Shown in pieces: positions 57,697 through 64,000 of a stretch of DNA of 64,000 nucleotides (the first letter of the stretch is position 1; every line of letters starts with the position of its first letter). The stretch is from Minisyncoccia bacterium. GTDB taxonomy: Bacteria; Patescibacteriota; Minisyncoccia; UBA6257; 2-01-FULL-56-20. The stretch covers positions 148,881 through 212,880 of the forward strand of contig JBEKML010000002.1 of the NCBI GenBank assembly GCA_050008535.1, written 5' to 3'. The notes beneath the pieces are model-generated. The model was not told where the DNA came from and did no database searches. It saw nothing but the letters and a program-made list of their open reading frames with translations. Position numbers and translations under genes: made by a program.

Positions 57697-59262
57697 CTAT
57701 GACGATGGACGGGCGACGATCTCCCCTTCGTCCAATCCGGAAATGATCTCTATATTGCCCTCCGTATCGCGGATACCCACGGCCACCTTTCGCGCTTCAA
57801 GCGGCTGGTTTGCGCCATGATACACCTGGACGGTGCGGGTGCCGTCTGTGTTCGTCGTAACCGCCCGCTGGGGGATATAGATGACGTTTCTGTGTTCGGC
57901 GGTCGTGATATCAATGTTCGCCGTCATGCCCGGTTTCACGTCGGGGCCGAGATTGTCAAATTGGAAAGTGGTTTTATAGGTCGGCACGCCTTCGATCACC
58001 GTCTCGCCAGGATCAATATAGGTAACCCTGCCGGAGAACGTTTGACCCTGGAAAGCATCGAGTGTCATTGAGGCGGGATTGCCCTTGCTTACCTTGCCGA
58101 TGTCGGCCTCCGAGATTTGGGCGTCCACCTCCAGGCCTTGATCGGAAATAAGAGAAACCAGCGCAACGCCCGGCGCCGCTATCTCGCCGACCTTGGCATT
58201 TTGCATCGTTACTACGCCCGAAAGAGGGGCGACAAGAGATGCCTTTGTGATCTTTACCTGGATGCTTTGCATGCTCGCCTGCGCCTGTTCTACTTGTGCT
58301 TCTTGTGCCTGAATGTCATTTGCAGTCGGACCCGCGATTGCTTTGTTCGCATCAGCCTGCAATCCTTGGATCGTGATCTTCTGGGAAACGATGTTCTGTG
58401 CCGCACCGCTCACGTTCGTCGTTGCGCTGTTTATCTCCGTGAGCGCCGTGGTCACCGCCGTCTTATACGCATTCACGGTTGCGGCAGGGAGGCCGGTTTG
58501 TTCAACGAGTGCTTCTGCGGCGGTAATGAAAAGTGCATTGATCACCGAAAGATGCGCCGCGCCTTTTTGCAAAGCGAGGTCAAGCGTGGAGGTGGGGGAA
58601 GATGCGCTCAGGCCCACCAGCTCACCTTGCCAGTTGTTGAACTCCGTACTTACTTGCCCTCTTTCAAATTGAATATTGTTGAGCGTTTGTGAGTTACTAA
58701 GCATGAAGGTGAGTTGGGGATTGGAGGTTTCCGCTCCGGAAAAGAACGGCGAAAGCTGGTTCCTGACTGCGTCGTTCGCCTTTGCATACGCATCGGAAAG
58801 CGTAGCGTCCACGTTGGCGTACATATTGGTAAGGTCCTGCTGGGCTTTCCCGAGCGCCGCTTGTGCGGCCTGGATATCCTCCGGCCGGGATCCCGCCTGG
58901 AGCGAGCGGAGTTTTGCGGTTTGTGCATCCACATTGGCTTGGGCTTCGGCCAATTGTGCCCTGAGGTCGCCTACATTCAAGCTGGCAATGACGGCGCCCG
59001 CATTCACGTGGTCGCCGACCTCATAATTGACCGCCGCAACGGTTCCGCCGTTCTCAAAAGCGAGGTCCACGTCGTGCACTGGCTTGGTATTGCCGGTAAC
59101 ACTTACTATTTGCGTGATCGTCCCGCGCGCCGCGGTCGCAAGTTGATAATTGACGCTTTTCGGCGCGAACCAAAGGCGGTAAGCACCCCATCCCAGAAGG
59201 AGTATGATGATGCCGAGCGAAACTTTCTTTGTGGTGCTTAAACGAACCAAAAATGTTTTCAT
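57697..59262 (-). CDS. MacA-like membrane fusion (periplasmic adaptor) protein
   Basis: N-terminal TM helix, lipoyl halves (V..GD.V..G; AP.SG.V), long coiled coil, KPGMTA motif. Confidence 0.88.
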   Translation of the reverse strand: MKTFLVRLSTTKKVSLGIIILLLGWGAYRLWFAPKSVNYQLATAARGTITQIVSVTGNTKPVHDVDLAFENGGTVAAVNYEVGDHVNAGAVIASLNVGDLRAQLAEAQANVDAQTAKLRSLQAGSRPEDIQAAQAALGKAQQDLTNMYANVDATLSDAYAKANDAVRNQLSPFFSGAETSNPQLTFMLSNSQTLNNIQFERGQVSTEFNNWQGELVGLSASSPTSTLDLALQKGAAHLSVINALFITAAEALVEQTGLPAATVNAYKTAVTTALTEINSATTNVSGAAQNIVSQKITIQGLQADANKAIAGPTANDIQAQEAQVEQAQASMQSIQVKITKASLVAPLSGVVTMQNAKVGEIAAPGVALVSLISDQGLEVDAQISEADIGKVSKGNPASMTLDAFQGQTFSGRVTYIDPGETVIEGVPTYKTTFQFDNLGPDVKPGMTANIDITTAEHRNVIYIPQRAVTTNTDGTRTVQVYHGANQPLEARKVAVGIRDTEGNIEIISGLDEGEIVARPSS

Positions 59263-59335
59263 GTTCTTATTATACTATAAGGGGCAGTTGACGCGCAATG
59301 GGAAGGCGTAATATAATTAAGCTTATTAACTATTT

Positions 59336-60130
59336 ATGGATAAAATAATCGAGGTTAACGCGCTCGTCAAGCGATTCGGCGATTTCACGGCGGTGGATGG
59401 CGTCTCTTTTGCGGTGGAGAGAGGAAGCATTTTTGCCTTTTTGGGACCGAACGGTGCGGGAAAAACGACGACCATCAAGATGCTTACAACCTTATTGCTC
59501 CCCACGCGAGGGACGGTATCGCTGGACGGCATTGATATCATGAAGAATCCCCAAAGAGCACGGCATTCCTTCGGTATCGTGTTCCAGGACCCGAGCCTGG
59601 ACGATGAACTCACTGCTTGGGAAAATATGGAATTTCATGGAGTGTTGTATCACATGCAGAAAGAGATAAGAAGAAAGCGCATTGAAGAACTTATGCATTT
59701 TGTGGAATTGTGGGACCGGAAGGACAGTCTGGTCAAAGAATTTTCGGGAGGCATGAAGCGCCGCCTGGAGATCGCGCGCGGCCTTTTGCACCATCCAAAG
59801 ATCCTTTTCTTGGATGAGCCGACGATCGGGCTCGATCCGCAAACGCGGAACCACGTGTGGAATTACGTCAAAAATCTTAATAAAACCGAAAAGATCACGG
59901 TATTCTTTACAACGCACTATATCGAAGAGGCGGACCGCGCTGCGGAACAAGTGGCCGTTATGGATCACGGGAAGATCGTCGCGCATGGGACGCCGGAGGA
60001 ATTGAAGCGCCGGACCGAAACGAAAAACCTGGAAGATGCCTTCATCAAGCTCACGGGATATGATCTAAGAAAGGACTCCGCCGGCGGCGTCGACCGCATG
60101 CGTATGCATAACCGTGTGTGGCGGAGATAA
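59336..60130 (+). CDS. ABC-2 (DrrA-like) ATP-binding protein
   Basis: GPNGAGKTT, FSGGMKRRLEIAR and LDEPT motifs. Confidence 0.92.
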   Translation: MDKIIEVNALVKRFGDFTAVDGVSFAVERGSIFAFLGPNGAGKTTTIKMLTTLLLPTRGTVSLDGIDIMKNPQRARHSFGIVFQDPSLDDELTAWENMEFHGVLYHMQKEIRRKRIEELMHFVELWDRKDSLVKEFSGGMKRRLEIARGLLHHPKILFLDEPTIGLDPQTRNHVWNYVKNLNKTEKITVFFTTHYIEEADRAAEQVAVMDHGKIVAHGTPEELKRRTETKNLEDAFIKLTGYDLRKDSAGGVDRMRMHNRVWRR

Positions 60131-60138
60131 GCACCAGC

Positions 60139-60885
60139 ATGAACGCGATTTACATTCTTTGGCTGAGACAATTGAAAAGATATTTTCGTTCCAAGGCAAG
60201 GATGATCGGTTCCGTCGGCCAGCCGATTTTGTTTTTGGTGGCGCTTGGCTTCGGATTCGGCCCCATCTTCCAAAAAGCGGGAGGAGGGGATTACATCCAG
60301 TTTTTGGCGCCGGGCGTGGTCGCGATGGGCATTCTTTTCACCGCTATGTTCATGGGCATCGAGATCATCTGGGACAAGCAGTTCGGGTTTCTGAAGGAAA
60401 CGCTCGTCGCGCCCGTATCGCGCTTTTCGATCATGCTTGGCCGGACGCTCGGGGGCGCCACGGTCGCCCTCATGCAGGGGGTGATCGTGTTCCTCATTGC
60501 ATGGGCCGTAGGATTCCATCCGAGCTTCGCGCTTTTTGGCGTCGCATTTATTTTCATGATCCTCATTGCGATGTTTTTTACGGGCCTGGGGACCGCTATC
60601 GCATCCGTCGTGGACGACATGCAAGGGTTCCCGCTTATCATGAATTTCATTGTGATGCCGACCTTTTTCCTTTCTGGCGCGCTTTTTCCGCTCACGGGAC
60701 TGCCAGGCTTCATCGAGATCATTGCGCGCCTCAATCCGTTGTCTTACGGCATTGACGGTTTGCGCGCGGCTTTGACCGCGCAGCCGGCGCATTTCGGTCT
60801 TTGGATGGATTTCGGCGTGCTCGGCGCCATTGCGCTCATCGTTCTCGGCGTCGGCGCATATCTTTTTTCAAAGATCGAGATATAA
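60139..60885 (+). CDS. ABC-2 type permease
   Basis: QP..FL, APG, DKQFGFLKE.LVAP, SGALFP and NPLSY motifs. Confidence 0.9.
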   Translation: MNAIYILWLRQLKRYFRSKARMIGSVGQPILFLVALGFGFGPIFQKAGGGDYIQFLAPGVVAMGILFTAMFMGIEIIWDKQFGFLKETLVAPVSRFSIMLGRTLGGATVALMQGVIVFLIAWAVGFHPSFALFGVAFIFMILIAMFFTGLGTAIASVVDDMQGFPLIMNFIVMPTFFLSGALFPLTGLPGFIEIIARLNPLSYGIDGLRAALTAQPAHFGLWMDFGVLGAIALIVLGVGAYLFSKIEI

Positions 60886-60897
60886 GATCACAATACC

Positions 60898-60925
60898 AAA
60901 AACCCCCGCCAAAACGGGGGTTTTT
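60898..60925. terminator. Bidirectional intrinsic terminator
   Basis: AAAAACCCCCG ccaaaa CGGGGGTTTTT between convergent genes. Confidence 0.75.
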
Positions 60926-60929
60926 GCCC

Positions 60930-62636
60930 TTATTCCGCGCTACAAAGGGTGTTCAGCTGGGCTCGAGTGCTGGCTCCCACATAGCCGTTTCCGGAGGTGA
61001 GACCTATGGGTTTCAAGATCTCATCCGCGAAAATGTTTTGGAAAATAATGACTGCTTTCTTTGTCGCAAAGCCAAAATAGGTTGATTCGTTGCCGGGCGA
61101 ACCGATGCCCGATGCGGCAACCTGCGTGAGATTGCTGTAATTCAGAACTTGCTGAAGGTATTTCACCTGGCTGTCGTTCATGCCCAGGGACAGGTTCTTT
61201 GTGAAGTTAGGAGAACAGCCCGCTTGCTGGAACTGTACCGTGATGAGCTCCTTTTCAAGCGCGATAAGTTGCTGCGTCAAGCTCTGAAGAAGGGCGAATG
61301 GATTCGTGGTGCTTGCACCCAAGACCTGTCCGCCGGTTGAGGTCGAATTGTAGTAGTAATAGTCTCCTCCTCCGCCACCACCGCTTTCGGCGCCGCCCCC
61401 TCCACCACCATTGTTAGATACTGGCGCAGGATTCACGTAGATCGTGTAAGCCTGTGTTGTTGAGGCGTTCGGATCGGTGATGCTCGCCGCCGTTATTGAA
61501 AAGGTTGAGGTTCCTTCGGTCGTCGGTGTTCCCTCTATCGTCGCCGAAAGGTTGCCGCTTGCGGTGTTTAAAGCAAGACCGTTAGGTAATGATCCTACTG
61601 TGACCGTGAAGGTGAATGTGTCCGTGGCGATCGCGCTGTTCGTCGCCGTAAAGTGTGGCGGAACATATGCCGCGCCGACTTGGCCGTCGTCGAGGGCGCC
61701 CGCCGGTGGGTTTAGCGTGACCGTGCTTGAAGGTGTGGAGGTCGGCGCGCTCACGTCATTGATCGTGAGCGTGAAGCTCTTCGTCGTCGATGCCGAGCTG
61801 TCGCCGTTTGCAACGCCTACTGCAAAAGCGAAGGTGCCGGTCGCGTTCGGGGTTCCCGAGAGCAGGCCGGTTCCTGCGTTGAGCGTGAGCGCATCAGGCA
61901 GGGTGCCCGAGGCGAGGCTCCACGTAAGGGTGTCTGTCGCGTTCGTTGAGGTCGCGTAGATATTCGTTGAATAGACCTGGCCAAGAATGCCGTCGGGCAA
62001 AGGTGAATCGGTGCTTATGGTGACCGTCGGAGCAGTGGTTGCGACGCCGCTCAAGATCGTCATGGCATTGCCCGATGCACCAGCAATACTACTAATGGTA
62101 GCTGCCTGGTTCGAGCTCGCTCCTATCGCCGTTATCGACGTTGTGGAATTGATCAAAAACGAAAAAGTGGTATTCGCCGCTTCGGGTAGAGAAGCATAGG
62201 GCATCACGTCGCCTTTTAAGGTCAGCGATACCGATCCTGCCTGTGGGATCGTGACGGGGTGCAGGAGGTGGAACAAATAACTGAAACCACCCGAAGCCGC
62301 CGATGATCCGCCCGATGTTCCAACAAGGGTCGAACCGTTCCAAAGCTCGACGTTCGCGAATGGAGTCACCGAAGCGCTTGAGCTCGCAAAGACCGCAAGA
62401 TCGGTGACCCTCACACTCTCAACATTCGAGGTTTCCGTGAAGCGATAGATCGCCAGAGTGTTCGCGGGGGAACCCATCAGGATTGTGCCTGCCGGAGGTT
62501 GCGCCAGGTCAGCGTCTACCGTGATCGTTGCATTGCTTACGGCGATGGGCACGGCGTTCACCGCAGCCCCGGGGAGTCCGGAGAACGCTACAATTCCTAC
62601 AACAAGCAATATCGGGATCCAGTGGCGTTTACACAT
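60930..62636 (-). CDS. Secreted surface protein with Ig-like (He_PIG-type) repeats and C-terminal peptidoglycan-binding domain
   Basis: G.LP..L.L....G...GTP repeats, Gly linker, GQVLGAST, L..G....V..LQ..LN...YFG..T..AV..FQ. Confidence 0.82.
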   Translation of the reverse strand: MCKRHWIPILLVVGIVAFSGLPGAAVNAVPIAVSNATITVDADLAQPPAGTILMGSPANTLAIYRFTETSNVESVRVTDLAVFASSSASVTPFANVELWNGSTLVGTSGGSSAASGGFSYLFHLLHPVTIPQAGSVSLTLKGDVMPYASLPEAANTTFSFLINSTTSITAIGASSNQAATISSIAGASGNAMTILSGVATTAPTVTISTDSPLPDGILGQVYSTNIYATSTNATDTLTWSLASGTLPDALTLNAGTGLLSGTPNATGTFAFAVGVANGDSSASTTKSFTLTINDVSAPTSTPSSTVTLNPPAGALDDGQVGAAYVPPHFTATNSAIATDTFTFTVTVGSLPNGLALNTASGNLSATIEGTPTTEGTSTFSITAASITDPNASTTQAYTIYVNPAPVSNNGGGGGGAESGGGGGGDYYYYNSTSTGGQVLGASTTNPFALLQSLTQQLIALEKELITVQFQQAGCSPNFTKNLSLGMNDSQVKYLQQVLNYSNLTQVAASGIGSPGNESTYFGFATKKAVIIFQNIFADEILKPIGLTSGNGYVGASTRAQLNTLCSAE

Positions 62637-62777
62637 GTCCAGTTTATACCTATGACACTAGTGTATGCTTTGTTTGCCGTCAAGCGGCGCGATTTCCTGC
62701 GGCCGTTCCGGCGGTCATTAACGAAGTAGGGCCTCTTTTGTTATGCTCGCGATGGGTTATAATAAGGATAATTAACT

Positions 62778-64000
62778 ATGGACGCAGTACAGGGAATCCT
62801 ACAGAGCGCGTGGCAAGTTTTTACGTACGCGTGGTGGATCTGGCTCCCCATCATTTTGTGGCCTCTTTTCAGGTCCACGTGGCTTTTTTGGCGGCAATCG
62901 CTCTATAAACGTGATCTGCAGACAAAGTATATCCTTTTGGAACTTCGCATTCCACGCGAAATAAAAAAGAACCCGCGGGCGATGGAGCAGGTGCTTATAG
63001 CGATCCACGCCCTTCGGAACGCCGCGATGGACATGCGCGAAATATGGTGGGACGGCGAGGTGACGGTGTGGTATGCGATGGAGATCGTAAGCTTGGGCGG
63101 TGAAATACATTTTTACTTACGGACGATCAAAAAACAAAAAGATCTTATCCAGGCGGCGTTCTTTTCGTATTATCCCGACGTGGAAGTTGTTGAAGTTGAA
63201 GATTACATGGATCGCCTGCCATCCAACATGGGAGAGGTGCATAAAAGCGGCTACAACCTCTGGGGCACCGAACTTTTACTTGCAAAAGAAGACGCTTATC
63301 CTATACGGAGCTATCTGGACTTTGAGTCGCCGGACGAGGATAAACAATACGACGCCATGTCCACCTTCCTTGAGATTTTGGGTAAAGTAAAAAAAGAAGA
63401 AACGGTCGGCATTCAGATCCTCATCGCGCCAGCGGCGCCCGACTGGGGCGCGAAGTGGAAAGATTTTGTGGAGAAAATGCGGGTGAGAGAACAGGGGAAG
63501 AAGAAAGTCGGAGGAGGATCGACTCATGCGCTGGGAATGGAATTCCCGCACATCCTTCCTGTTTTTCCGGTAAAGAAAATCGGAGAGGACAAAAAAGATG
63601 AATATGCCCCACTCATGAAATCCTTCATGCGGACGCCCGGCGAGACCGATGTATTGAAGGCCGTGGAGGAGAATCTTTCAAGGCCCGGTTTTGATACCCT
63701 GGTCCGCTTTTTTTACCTTTCCCCCAAAGAGCTTTTCGGCGACACGTTCCCGAGAAGGGGTGTCATTGGGGCCTTTAACCAATATGGATCGTTGGATCTG
63801 AATTATTTCACGCAGAACTTTGCCGTGGGCACAAGGATCAAGTTCTGGCGGGGACCGTGGCAAATACCGAACTTTTTTGCCAAGAGCCGCATCGCTCGGA
63901 GGCAGGAGCGGATCCTCTCGTCCTATCGCACGCGGGAGGTCCCTCCGGAAACCTTAATGGGAAGGGTGATCCTTACCAAAACCTTTAACATTCATCAGTC
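62778..64000 (+). CDS. Conserved CPR protein related to the N-terminal region of the 1444-3849 ATPase; 3'-truncated by the window edge
   Basis: My translation reads MDAVQGILQSAW...LLELRIPREIKKNPRAMEQ...EIVSLGGEIHFY...YPIRSY and stays open to the window end. It is absent from the ORF track because it has no stop. Confidence 0.8.
   Translation, partial: MDAVQGILQSAWQVFTYAWWIWLPIILWPLFRSTWLFWRQSLYKRDLQTKYILLELRIPREIKKNPRAMEQVLIAIHALRNAAMDMREIWWDGEVTVWYAMEIVSLGGEIHFYLRTIKKQKDLIQAAFFSYYPDVEVVEVEDYMDRLPSNMGEVHKSGYNLWGTELLLAKEDAYPIRSYLDFESPDEDKQYDAMSTFLEILGKVKKEETVGIQILIAPAAPDWGAKWKDFVEKMRVREQGKKKVGGGSTHALGMEFPHILPVFPVKKIGEDKKDEYAPLMKSFMRTPGETDVLKAVEENLSRPGFDTLVRFFYLSPKELFGDTFPRRGVIGAFNQYGSLDLNYFTQNFAVGTRIKFWRGPWQIPNFFAKSRIARRQERILSSYRTREVPPETLMGRVILTKTFNIHQ

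Overview
This is chromosomal DNA from a small-genome Patescibacteria/CPR (Parcubacteria-like) bacterium. The assignment is inferred from a single-subunit eukaryote-type GlyRS, a short EF-Ts, a type IV pilus cluster, a VirB4/TraD-like ATPase, four paralogs of a Cys-rich family and short-leader gene starts. Core genes include metK (behind a SAM-I riboswitch), pgk, rnhA, rnpB, mgtA, lysA, pilB/pilC and pilins, dnaX, scpAB, mraY, rpsB-tsf, recO, glyS, murA, mreB, holB, frr, rseP, a MacAB-type exporter and an ABC-2 transporter. An AT-richer defence islet (about 4.05-7.46 kb) carries a methyltransferase, a PD-(D/E)XK nuclease and a two-gene Fic module. The main observation is at tRNA-Gln and tRNA-Tyr. 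Each is followed by small integrase-free gene modules closed by hybrid sites, made of a shared ~20-bp arm (TCAAAATCGTTCGAACATYG) fused to a degenerate copy of that tRNA's own 3' end. This suggests a tRNA-anchored cassette-capture system served in trans. Also notable are a 117-bp three-hairpin direct repeat in the Gln array and a non-canonical tRNA-like gene with an alanine G3:U70 acceptor but no alanine anticodon. All calls come from motif recognition by eye; no searches were run.
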